In this document: positions 22,107-30,955 of the stretch, piece by piece | How the letters are laid out: each line of letters starts with the position of its first letter | Position numbering within the stretch: position 1 is the stretch's first letter | NCBI GenBank assembly: GCA_021300175.1 | Contig: JAJTIC010000016.1 | Location: forward strand, 17,000 to 80,999 | Source: Pseudomonadota bacterium | GTDB taxonomy: Bacteria; Bdellovibrionota; Bdellovibrionia; Bdellovibrionales; Bdellovibrionaceae | Direction: 5' to 3' | DNA length: 64,000 nucleotides | Program-made: the position numbers and the translations under genes | The notes under the pieces: generated by a model | The model's input: only the letters and a program-made list of their open reading frames with translations | Databases searched by the model: none | Told to the model about the DNA's origin: nothing

Positions 22107-23258
22107 ATGGGAACAGATGTTTTTCAGATTGCAGTGAATTGCATAAAGCTCGTTATTGTTTTCTTATTGATGGTTCAAGCCGTACCTCTTTTGGTTTGGC
22201 TTGAGAGACGTGGATCTGCATTCATCCAGAATCGATTTGGACCTAATCGTGTGGGTCCCTTGGGATTGCTCCAACTTCTCGCGGACGCAGTAAAGTTTCT
22301 ATTCAAGGAAGAATTTGTTCCTGCGAATGCCGTGAAGTTTCTTTATTATGCAGCTCCCGTGGCAGCTCTCGTTCCTGCAACTCTGGCGTTTGCAGCGATT
22401 CCGCTTTCTACACCCGTTTCAGTTGATGCTTTTGAAATGTTTGGACAGACCTGGGGCCCTTATACCTTTTTGTGGCAGGGTTATGAAATCAACGTAGGTA
22501 TCGTCTACGTCCTCGGCGTTTCTTCTTTGGCAGCATATTCTATCTTGATGGCGGGTTGGGGGTCAGGAAATAAATTCTCCTTGATGGGAGCGCTGCGAGC
22601 TTCATCACAAATCATTTCTTACGAGCTCGCCTTGGGCCTTTCGATCGTTGGCGTGATCATGATGTACGGAACATTCAACTTGACGGAAATGATCGCTCAG
22701 CAGCAGGGAACTTTGAGTTTTCAGTTTTTGGGTCACACAATCACAAGCTCATGGTTGCCCAATTGGGGAATTTTCTATCAGCCCCTAGGTGCGCTGATAT
22801 TCTTTGCAGCCACTTTTGCAGAGTCAAATCGCCTTCCTTTCGACTTAGCAGAGGGCGAAGCAGAACTCGTCGCGGGATTCCATGTGGAGTATGGTGGTTT
22901 TAAAATGTTACTTTTCTTCATCGGTGAATATGGTCATATGCTAGTGGCCTCAGCCCTGATGGCGACCTTTTTCTTTGGTGGTTGGGGAATTCCCTTTGTG
23001 GGTGTGGCGGAAGTTCAGGCTTGGGCAGCCACAGTGGTTGGTGCTGGAACATCAGCTTCATTATTGACCGGGCTCGTACACTTTATGGTTTTCACTTTAA
23101 AGCTTGCGATTTTTTTGTGGATTTTTATCCATGTGAGATGGACATTGCCACGCTTCCGCTACGATCAATTAATGGAGCTTGGCTGGAAGACCATGCTTCC
23201 TTGGGCTTTGTTTAATACAGTTTTAACCTCAATCATCTTTTTGATTGCTCACAGCTAG
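22107..23258 (+). CDS. nuoH: NADH-quinone oxidoreductase subunit H
   Basis: ORF 22095-23258, with the likely ATG at 22107. NuoH signatures VWLERRGSAFIQNRFGPNRVGPLGLLQLLADAVKF and ESNRLPFDLAEGEAELVAGFHVEY. Confidence 0.95.
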   Translation: MGTDVFQIAVNCIKLVIVFLLMVQAVPLLVWLERRGSAFIQNRFGPNRVGPLGLLQLLADAVKFLFKEEFVPANAVKFLYYAAPVAALVPATLAFAAIPLSTPVSVDAFEMFGQTWGPYTFLWQGYEINVGIVYVLGVSSLAAYSILMAGWGSGNKFSLMGALRASSQIISYELALGLSIVGVIMMYGTFNLTEMIAQQQGTLSFQFLGHTITSSWLPNWGIFYQPLGALIFFAATFAESNRLPFDLAEGEAELVAGFHVEYGGFKMLLFFIGEYGHMLVASALMATFFFGGWGIPFVGVAEVQAWAATVVGAGTSASLLTGLVHFMVFTLKLAIFLWIFIHVRWTLPRFRYDQLMELGWKTMLPWALFNTVLTSIIFLIAHS

Positions 23259-23267
23259 GAGAAACTT

Positions 23268-23798
23268 GTGAATCCTGAAGCTTTTCTGTTTTGGTTCTTA
23301 TCCATAGTAACGGTTTCTGCCGGACTGGCGGTTGTTCTTTTGACGAACCCGATCTATGCGGCCCTTTCTCTGGCGATGACAATGGTTGGTGTTGCAGCCG
23401 TGTTCGTAACTTTGAACGCATACTTTTTGGCGGGTGTTCAGCTGATTGTTTACGCAGGCGCAGTGATGGTTTTGTTTGTCATGGTTCTAATGCTTTTTGA
23501 CTTAAAAGCAGAGATTCAAGCTTTCAGTCGTGGAAATCTCTCTGGATTTTTAAAAATCGGAAGCGTAGCTATGTTGGGCGGATTAATCATCGGAGCTATC
23601 GTGATGTCATCCAACTCACTCCTTGGAAATAATTTACCTGATTTAGTTGTTGAGGCTGATGGCTCTAAACAACTGGGTAAGCTTTTGTTTTCAAAATACT
23701 TATTCGGATTTGAAGCATTAGGCGTTCTATTGATGGTTGTAGCTGTCGGCGCTGTTGCTTTGGCACGAAGTAAAGGTGGAACACATGCTAAACACTGA
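23268..23798 (+). CDS. nuoJ: NADH-quinone oxidoreductase subunit J
   Basis: ORF 23268-23798 with a GTG start after AGGAG. NuoJ-type TM pattern ([23 protein letters not shown]). Confidence 0.9.
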   Translation: MNPEAFLFWFLSIVTVSAGLAVVLLTNPIYAALSLAMTMVGVAAVFVTLNAYFLAGVQLIVYAGAVMVLFVMVLMLFDLKAEIQAFSRGNLSGFLKIGSVAMLGGLIIGAIVMSSNSLLGNNLPDLVVEADGSKQLGKLLFSKYLFGFEALGVLLMVVAVGAVALARSKGGTHAKH

Positions 23799-24111
23799 TA
23801 TTTTCACCCAGATTGGACTTAATCACTACCTGTTCTTGTCGGCAATATTGTTTGTCATAGGAATGGCCGGAGTCCTGCTGAGAAGAAATGCCATCGTTCT
23901 TTTAATGTCGATTGAGCTTATGCTGAATGCAGTGAATATATCATTTGTCGCTTTTTCTAAATACTCGGGAAAAATGGAAGGACAAATTATGGTCTTTTTC
24001 GTGATGACCATCGCTGCAGCTGAAGCGGCCGTGGGCCTTGCTCTCGCAGTCACTATTTTTAAGCGCTTCCGCGAAGTAAATATTCGATTCTTTGAACACT
24101 TGAAGGGTTAA
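23785..24111 (+). CDS. nuoK: NADH-quinone oxidoreductase subunit K
   Basis: ORF 23755-24111, with the likely ATG at 23785 ([23 protein letters not shown]). NuoK signature [14 protein letters not shown]...[10 protein letters not shown]. Confidence 0.92.
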   Translation: MLNTDIFTQIGLNHYLFLSAILFVIGMAGVLLRRNAIVLLMSIELMLNAVNISFVAFSKYSGKMEGQIMVFFVMTIAAAEAAVGLALAVTIFKRFREVNIRFFEHLKG

Positions 24112-24113
24112 GT

Positions 24114-26045
24114 ATGAGCCATCAATTATTGATTTCAACACTGATTCTTTCTCCGCTCATTGGTTTCCTAATTAACGGTTTGAGATATAAGCGTCACTCG
24201 GCTAATGTGGCAGGCGGCGTAGCGACGGCTGCCGCAGCAATTTCATTTTTATCTGCAATCCTTATTTTCATGGAGTTGCTGGCAATGCCTAAGGAAGGCC
24301 GCCAGATTGCAGTGAATTTTTTCGAATGGATGACGGTTGCCAGCCTCAAGATAAACATGGGATTTCTGGTTGATCCGCTCAACGTGATCATGATTTTGAT
24401 CATCACTGGCGTTGGTTCTTTGATTCATTTGTTCTCGGTTTCATACATGCACCACGACGAAGGGGCGGCAAAATATTTCGCCTACCTGAATCTCTTCCTT
24501 TTCAATATGTTGGTCCTTGTTCTCGGAGATAATCTCCTCGTGATGTTTGTTGGGTGGGAGGGCGTGGGCCTTTGCTCTTACCTGCTTATTGGATTCTGGT
24601 TTAAAGATTCAGATAAAGCCGCTGCCGGAATGAAAGCTTTTGTGACCAACCGCGTGGGAGATGCGGCCTTCTTGCTTGGAATGTTCTTGCTGTTCGTTTC
24701 GTTTGGAACATTAAACTTTCAAGAGATTAACAACATGGTGCCAGCTGACCCAACATTTTCATGGCTAAGCCCGCTGACCCTGGGAACCTTATTTTTGTTT
24801 ATTGGAGCAACCGGGAAGTCAGCTCAAATTCCGCTCTACGTATGGCTTCCAGATGCGATGGCAGGTCCGACACCAGTATCTGCTTTGATTCACGCAGCGA
24901 CGATGGTGACTGCGGGAGTCTACATGATCATTCGCCTGAATCCTTTATTTCTGCACACGCCAAATACGATGCTGGTCATAGCGATTATTGGAGGCTTAAC
25001 GGCAGTGATGGCAGCGAGCATTGGCCTTACCCAGTGGGATATAAAAAAGGTTCTCGCTTATTCAACGGTTTCACAATTGGGATATATGTTCCTCGCCGTG
25101 GGTGTGGGGGCATTTACGGCAGGCCTCTTCCATTTGATGACGCATGCGTTTTTCAAGGCACTCATGTTCTTGGGTTCGGGCTCTGTGATTCATGCTATGC
25201 ATGAAGAGCAAGATATCCGAAAAATGGGCGGTCTTAAAAAACACATGCCGATCACTCATTTTACTTTTCTGATTGGTTGGCTGGCGATTATCGGGATGCC
25301 TCCATTTTCTGGGTTCTTCTCAAAAGATGAAATTCTATGGCTCTCATTTCACTCGCCATTGGGTCATCCAGCCCTATGGGCCTTAGGCGCTGTGGGTGCT
25401 GTGATGACGGCATTTTACATGACTCGATTGATGGCGCTCACTTTCTGGGGCAAGAGTCGAGTTCCCCAAGATGTTCATCCTCACGAATCACCGGCTTTAA
25501 TGACGATTCCTTTGATTGTGTTAGCTATCTTGAGTGCATTTGCTGGATGGCTGGGTGTTCCTCATGTGATTGGCGCAGCCTTGGGCCATCTACCAAACAT
25601 TTTGGCTGAATTCTTGAGCTTGAATATTAAGCCAATTCCTAACTTGGCCGAAGCAAATGTCACGACAGAAATCATTTTGATGAGCGTTTCTGTTGGATTT
25701 GCGCTCATCTCTGCGGCCTTGGCCTACCATATGTACGTTAGAAATCCTGAGCTTCCTGGCAAGTTCACTGAGAAGGTCAAAGGTCTTCACAACTTTGTCT
25801 ACAATAAGTACTTCGTCGACGAAGCTTACGAAGGAAGCATCATCCAACCTTTGGTTCAGACGAGCAAAAGCATTTGGTTTTATGTGGATGTGAACTTCAT
25901 CGATAAAGCCACATATTGGATCTCAGACATCATTAAAGGTGGCGGCTCGTTGGTTCGTTCATTACAAAACGGAAATCTACAAACTTATGCTATGTATGTG
26001 GCTATCGGTTTGGTGATGACCCTGACTTTTATTTTGGTGAGGTAG
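24114..26045 (+). CDS. nuoL: NADH-quinone oxidoreductase subunit L
   Basis: ORF 24114-26045 (643 aa). It is an antiporter-like subunit (WEGVGLCSYLLIGFW, PTPVSALIHAATMVTAGVY) and has the C-terminal extension typical of NuoL. Confidence 0.95.
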   Translation: MSHQLLISTLILSPLIGFLINGLRYKRHSANVAGGVATAAAAISFLSAILIFMELLAMPKEGRQIAVNFFEWMTVASLKINMGFLVDPLNVIMILIITGVGSLIHLFSVSYMHHDEGAAKYFAYLNLFLFNMLVLVLGDNLLVMFVGWEGVGLCSYLLIGFWFKDSDKAAAGMKAFVTNRVGDAAFLLGMFLLFVSFGTLNFQEINNMVPADPTFSWLSPLTLGTLFLFIGATGKSAQIPLYVWLPDAMAGPTPVSALIHAATMVTAGVYMIIRLNPLFLHTPNTMLVIAIIGGLTAVMAASIGLTQWDIKKVLAYSTVSQLGYMFLAVGVGAFTAGLFHLMTHAFFKALMFLGSGSVIHAMHEEQDIRKMGGLKKHMPITHFTFLIGWLAIIGMPPFSGFFSKDEILWLSFHSPLGHPALWALGAVGAVMTAFYMTRLMALTFWGKSRVPQDVHPHESPALMTIPLIVLAILSAFAGWLGVPHVIGAALGHLPNILAEFLSLNIKPIPNLAEANVTTEIILMSVSVGFALISAALAYHMYVRNPELPGKFTEKVKGLHNFVYNKYFVDEAYEGSIIQPLVQTSKSIWFYVDVNFIDKATYWISDIIKGGGSLVRSLQNGNLQTYAMYVAIGLVMTLTFILVR

Positions 26046-26049
26046 CATC

Positions 26050-27606
26050 ATGCTTTTATCATCTCTGGTCTTTTTACCTATTCTTTTCGCTCTGATTATG
26101 GTGGTTTGGCCAAATAAGACCACACTTCGACCTTTGGCTTTGGGCCTTTCTCTCATCCAGTTTGCACTCAGCCTGACGATCTTCTGGAAGTTTGATCCTT
26201 CTTCTTCGGCACTACAGCTTGTTGAGAAGTATCCTTGGATTGAAAGATTTGGAGTGAACTACTATCTAGGTATCGATGGGATTTCTCTGTGGCTAGTGAT
26301 CCTAACAACGTTTTTGTTGCCGATAATTATTGTGGGATCTTGGCAGGCCATTGAAGATCGCGTGAAAGGATTCCATGCAGCTCTGTTTGTTTTGCAAACA
26401 GCGATGCTTGGTACATTTTTGGCCATAGATGCGATCTTCTTTTATATATTTTGGGAGCTTTCATTAGTTCCAATGTATTTCATGATCGGAATTTGGGGCG
26501 GTAGCCGCAGAATCTACGCGACCATTAAATTCTTTATCTACACGATGGTTGGTTCAGTTCTTATGCTTGTGGCGATCATCTATATGATGTTCCTCACTCA
26601 AGAAGCTTTTGGAACAATGTCGGCTTCGTTGATAGATTTCTATCGCCTCGATATCCCCTTCATTGCCGGACAGTTTTTCAGTCTTCAAACGCTTCTGTTT
26701 TTTGCTTTTGCTTTAGCGTTTGCAATTAAGGTCCCGGTTTGGCCGTTTCATACATGGTTGCCTGATGCCCACGTAGAAGCACCAACTCCGGGTTCAGTGA
26801 TTCTAGCTGGTGTGATGTTAAAGATGGGAACTTACGGTTTAATGAGATGGACGATCCCTTTGTTTCCTGAGGCAGCTGAGTATTGGGCATGGTTGTTCTT
26901 GCTCGTGGCCGTGGTTGGAATCGTTTATGGTGCTGTGGTTGCGATGGTTCAGCCAGACATTAAGAAGCTGGTTGCGTACTCATCAGTTTCTCACATGGGT
27001 TACATTGTTCTCGGCTTATTTGCGTTTAATGAAACTGGAATGACTGGTGGACTCTACCAAATGTTGAATCATGGTATTAGCACAGGCGCACTTTTCTTGT
27101 TGGTGGGAATGATTTATGAAAGAACTCATTCACGAGAAATCTCTAAGTATGGTGGTCTTGCAGGGGTCCTGCCTTTCTTCACCATTGCTTTTTTCATTGT
27201 GACTCTTTCAAGTATCGCGGTTCCCCTCACGAATGGTTTTGTGGGTGAATTTCTGATTCTCTTAGGTACTTTTCAAGCTAATCCAGGATTTGCTTACGTG
27301 GCAGTTTCTGGTGTTGTCCTTGGAGCTGTTTACATGCTGTGGATGTTCAAGAGAGTTTTCTTTGGACCAAAAGGTGAGCTCGTAAAAGATGAATCCCATC
27401 CTTTGCATGATCTGAGCCCTCGAGAGTTTGCAGTTTTGATCCCCATGGGAGTGATGATTTTCTGGATGGGATTGTTTCCTAATCATTTTTTCCACTGGTC
27501 CAATGCAAGCATCAAGCACCTCGTGGAAAGCCGATCTAATTATATCCTGACTGTGAAAGACACCAACACAAAGACGCAATCTGCGGCTTTGGTTGAAGGA
27601 GAGTAG
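26050..27606 (+). CDS. nuoM: NADH-quinone oxidoreductase subunit M
   Basis: ORF 26050-27606. Antiporter-like subunit with WLPDAHVEAPTPGSVILAGVMLKMGTYG. Confidence 0.95.
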   Translation: MLLSSLVFLPILFALIMVVWPNKTTLRPLALGLSLIQFALSLTIFWKFDPSSSALQLVEKYPWIERFGVNYYLGIDGISLWLVILTTFLLPIIIVGSWQAIEDRVKGFHAALFVLQTAMLGTFLAIDAIFFYIFWELSLVPMYFMIGIWGGSRRIYATIKFFIYTMVGSVLMLVAIIYMMFLTQEAFGTMSASLIDFYRLDIPFIAGQFFSLQTLLFFAFALAFAIKVPVWPFHTWLPDAHVEAPTPGSVILAGVMLKMGTYGLMRWTIPLFPEAAEYWAWLFLLVAVVGIVYGAVVAMVQPDIKKLVAYSSVSHMGYIVLGLFAFNETGMTGGLYQMLNHGISTGALFLLVGMIYERTHSREISKYGGLAGVLPFFTIAFFIVTLSSIAVPLTNGFVGEFLILLGTFQANPGFAYVAVSGVVLGAVYMLWMFKRVFFGPKGELVKDESHPLHDLSPREFAVLIPMGVMIFWMGLFPNHFFHWSNASIKHLVESRSNYILTVKDTNTKTQSAALVEGE

Positions 27607-27608
27607 AA

Positions 27609-29069
27609 ATGAACATTCAAATTGGATTACCCGACATTCTTCTGATTTCACCAATGATTGCCTTGTTCGTTGCAAGCTTAATCCCGATTACAATCAAAGT
27701 ACTCAGGGGAAATGTCGAGCAAGCGCCCTTTGCAACATTGATTCAAGGTCTTGGCGGTATTCTTGCTGCCACGGTACTTCTGATGATGGTCGCCGGCTCT
27801 GGCTCCACGGCGTTTGCGGATGCTCTTGTTCTGGATGGTTTGACAAAATGGATGGGATTTGTCGCTTTGGCTGGGGCTACAGGTGCAGTTCTTCTGATGT
27901 ATGATAATCCATCAACCAATGGAGATCAGTTTTCCGAGCTCATGTTTCTGACACTCTCTTCAGTTATCGGAATGTTGATTCTCGTGTCGGCAGTGGACCT
28001 TCTGGTTGTGTTCATTGGCCTTGAGACGATGTCGCTGGCTCTCTATTTGATGATTGCGATGTCGCATGAGCAGAAACTTTCAAAAGAAGCAGCTCTCAAG
28101 TACTTCATTTTAGGCTCATTTGCCTCTGCGATCTTTCTATATGGGGTTGCCTTTTTGTTTGGGACGGTGGGTTCTACTTACATCCCCGACATCATCGCAT
28201 CAACGGGTGACTTAATTTCTTCCAGCCGATTGTTTGTTTTTGGAATAACACTCGTGATTATTGGCTTTTGTTTCAAAGTCTCTATTGCACCCTTTCATGC
28301 ATGGACGCCCGATGTTTATCAGGGTGCCCCAACTCCTCATACGGCTTACATGTCGACAGCCATCAAAGCAGTTTCATTTGCGGCTTTCTTGAGATTTATC
28401 TCTACGAAATCCTTGGTGGGATCTGAGAACCTGTTGGATTTTCTGCAGTGGCTGGCGGTTTTGACGATGATTGTGGGGAATGTGGCTGCGATTCTTCAAA
28501 ACAATTTTAAAAGAATGTTGGCGTTTTCATCGGTGGCTCACTCGGGGTATCTTATGGTCGGAGTGATCACCACAGGAATCTCAGACAACATGTCTTTTGC
28601 AGCCTCAGGTGTGATTTTTTATTTGGCGGCATACACAATGATGACTTTGGGTGCCTTTGCCATCATTGCTTTGATTGAAAAAGATGAAAACTCGTCAGTG
28701 AAAGTTGAAGATCTTGCTGGCTACGCAAAGAAGAGACCTTTGATGGCATTTTGCTTATCCCTATTCCTTCTGTCTCTGGCTGGGGTCCCCCCATTGGTGG
28801 GATTCTTTGGTAAGTTCTATCTGTTTGCAGCAGCGATTGGTGAAGGGCTTTTGTGGCTCGCAGTATGGGGCGTCCTAAATTCTGTTATCAGCGTATACTA
28901 TTACTTGCGCCCCATTGTTGTCATGTACATGAAAGAGGGCGAAGAAGACGAAGCTCCAAGGGGTTTCGGGGCAACAAAAACTACAATCTTAGTTTCTGCA
29001 ATTTTAGTTGTGTTCTTAGGCCTTATCTCTGGGCCAATCTTTGAGGCTGTAGAAAAAGCTCTCTCGTAG
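27609..29069 (+). CDS. nuoN: NADH-quinone oxidoreductase subunit N
   Basis: ORF 27609-29069. Antiporter-like subunit with APFHAWTPDVYQGAPTPHTAYMS. It is the last gene of the cluster. Confidence 0.93.
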   Translation: MNIQIGLPDILLISPMIALFVASLIPITIKVLRGNVEQAPFATLIQGLGGILAATVLLMMVAGSGSTAFADALVLDGLTKWMGFVALAGATGAVLLMYDNPSTNGDQFSELMFLTLSSVIGMLILVSAVDLLVVFIGLETMSLALYLMIAMSHEQKLSKEAALKYFILGSFASAIFLYGVAFLFGTVGSTYIPDIIASTGDLISSSRLFVFGITLVIIGFCFKVSIAPFHAWTPDVYQGAPTPHTAYMSTAIKAVSFAAFLRFISTKSLVGSENLLDFLQWLAVLTMIVGNVAAILQNNFKRMLAFSSVAHSGYLMVGVITTGISDNMSFAASGVIFYLAAYTMMTLGAFAIIALIEKDENSSVKVEDLAGYAKKRPLMAFCLSLFLLSLAGVPPLVGFFGKFYLFAAAIGEGLLWLAVWGVLNSVISVYYYLRPIVVMYMKEGEEDEAPRGFGATKTTILVSAILVVFLGLISGPIFEAVEKALS

Positions 29070-29077
29070 AGGGAGCT

Positions 29078-30283
29078 TTAAAGATCTAATAGTCGCAACT
29101 TTGAGATTGCCGACTTGAAACCAATTCTTACAATTTTCTCAAGTATTTGGGGATTTAACGAAAAGTGATCCGCAAAGAACATCTCGTAGTTCTGTGCTCG
29201 CGGATGAATATACAAGTACTCCACTTCAGGTTTGAAGTTCACCCGATTGCGAACGATCTCAAGGATCTTTTCCCGATGTTCATCGGAAAGCTTCTGAGCC
29301 TTAAAGTAACCATCTATGGACTTATAAATGGAACTGATATCAGACTGATGTTGGATATGCCGATCAATTTTTTGCTGGATCACTTGGTAAAGTGCTTGAT
29401 TCAAGATCGCTGGAATTCCAAAGGTTGAAAGCGAGCCGACTTCTTCGGTATAGTGATAGGGCTGTACAGAATAGCTTGCAATCACCAAATCAGCTCCATG
29501 GTCGGCAGCGACGTGAGTCGATAGAGTATCTCTGATTTCTCCATCAAAAAAATACATCGTCTTGCCCTCTGGTGTAAGAACTCCATAGGGTGCAAAAATT
29601 GGGGGTAAGGAGATGGAGGCCGCCACAGCCTGGCTAATCTTTGCATAATCCACGAACATCAAGTTCCGTGTTTTCATTGTTTCTTTGAAAGCCCCAAAAA
29701 TTACTTTTCTTGTATGGTTGAGCTGGGTTCCTACAATAAATAGATCAACCCCAAGCTGCTTGAAATCATTGTGGGATAAGGCCTGCTGTTGAAGGTAAGA
29801 CTCGATGGCATCTGTAGTAAAGAAACCATTTATTTTAAATCGATCTTTAATAAGGGTTTCCACCCCCCCCGAAACAAAGGATTTTCTTAAAAGGGAAAGG
29901 GGAAGACTTTTAACAATGTTCTTTCCATTGATCGAAAAAATATCTTTATAGCCAATAGGCTTTAAACTATTGAGGGAGTGATCTCGGTAATGGGGCTTTT
30001 GTCCTGCACCTACACGGAAGGCATTCACCAAAGCTTCCAGTGAATACCCAGCCGAAAGTATAGCACTTACAAATGCACCCGCGCTGGAACCCACATAACT
30101 TCGAATAGTCATTGACTGGTCTTGAGGAAAATTTCTTTGGACATATTCCTTAGAGCCGCCGGCAAACTTGAAACCCTTTTCCTTTAGAGCCAGGCAAACA
30201 CCAATATGAAATGCGGCAGCTTTGATTCCACCACCAGAAAGCACAAGAGCGATCTTTTTCTTTTCCTTCAAACGACCTGCCAT
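29078..30283 (-). CDS. Patatin-like phospholipase family protein
   Basis: ORF 29078-30283. Oxyanion motif LSGGGIKAAAFHIG, nucleophile motif GSSAG (GxSxG), and a downstream Asp motif FFDGEIRD. Confidence 0.85.
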   Translation of the reverse strand: MAGRLKEKKKIALVLSGGGIKAAAFHIGVCLALKEKGFKFAGGSKEYVQRNFPQDQSMTIRSYVGSSAGAFVSAILSAGYSLEALVNAFRVGAGQKPHYRDHSLNSLKPIGYKDIFSINGKNIVKSLPLSLLRKSFVSGGVETLIKDRFKINGFFTTDAIESYLQQQALSHNDFKQLGVDLFIVGTQLNHTRKVIFGAFKETMKTRNLMFVDYAKISQAVAASISLPPIFAPYGVLTPEGKTMYFFDGEIRDTLSTHVAADHGADLVIASYSVQPYHYTEEVGSLSTFGIPAILNQALYQVIQQKIDRHIQHQSDISSIYKSIDGYFKAQKLSDEHREKILEIVRNRVNFKPEVEYLYIHPRAQNYEMFFADHFSLNPQILEKIVRIGFKSAISKLRLLDL

Positions 30284-30446
30284 GGGGCAAGTATTTCATG
30301 AATCTAGTGAGAAAACCAGGTTGCGCGCCCAGACAAATCTTTGGATATCCACAGACGTAGGTCTAGAATTGCCCAGGAAAATCAGGTGAATAACCAGACT
30401 TCAGACGAGTTTTGAAGATGAAAAAAGATTGAGAGTATTCAGGTGT

Positions 30447-30474
30447 TTGACAGATTTATAAAGATTGCTAAAGT
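30447..30474 (+). promoter_or_regulatory. Candidate sigma70-type promoter (TTGACA-N16-TAAAGT)
   Basis: Perfect -35 hexamer TTGACA at 30447-30452, a 16-nt spacer, and TAAAGT at 30469-30474. It lies about 28 nt upstream of ATG 30502. Confidence 0.45.
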
Positions 30475-30501
30475 GAACAAGCAAGAGTGAAGGAAAAAAC
30501 A

Positions 30502-30954
30502 ATGTCGACCCAATGGATTCCAATTACTGAGTATTCGCTCAAACACAAGGTGAGTATCTCCACATTGAGACGCCGAATTAAGTCGAATGAGATCAAGTTC
30601 ATTTTTGATGATGGGAAGTACCTTATAGCTGATGAGCCCATCCCTTTGTTGACCCCAATCGGTCTACATCGCCCCTCCCTTAAGACGATGTCTGGCCCCT
30701 CCCTTGAAAAAGATCAGCTTAGTGAAGAACCCATACTTACAGCAGCCAATCGCCTATTGAGTGAGTTAAAAAAAGCCTACACTCAGATTTTGCAAGAAAA
30801 GGAAGAGCAGATCCTGCAACTCAAAGGCGAAGTTGCAGACTTAAAAACGCTGGTGAAGGTTTTAGAAAGTGACAACCTCAGGCTGAGGGACTCACAAAAA
30901 GAAAGTAGAGCCGGTCGGCCCCACTTCACAGAAGTTAATCATCTTAAGTTCTAG
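30502..30954 (+). CDS. Hypothetical protein: N-terminal HTH-like segment plus C-terminal coiled coil
   Basis: ORF 30487-30954, with the likely ATG at 30502. The N-terminus WIPITEYSLKHKVSISTLRRRIKSNEI resembles MerR/excisionase-type HTH domains. The C-terminus has a heptad-like pattern (LLSELKKAYTQILQEKEEQILQLKGEVADLKTLVKVLESDNLRL). Confidence 0.5.
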   Translation: MSTQWIPITEYSLKHKVSISTLRRRIKSNEIKFIFDDGKYLIADEPIPLLTPIGLHRPSLKTMSGPSLEKDQLSEEPILTAANRLLSELKKAYTQILQEKEEQILQLKGEVADLKTLVKVLESDNLRLRDSQKESRAGRPHFTEVNHLKF

Positions 30955-30955
30955 C

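Noticed and set aside
29078-30283. Patatin-like phospholipase as a possible CBASS (CapV-type) or other defence effector
   Set aside because: There is no cyclic-nucleotide synthase, E1/E2/JAB, sensor or other defence gene adjacent. The neighbours are nuoN and a small HTH protein, and the gene looks like a stand-alone housekeeping-type patatin.
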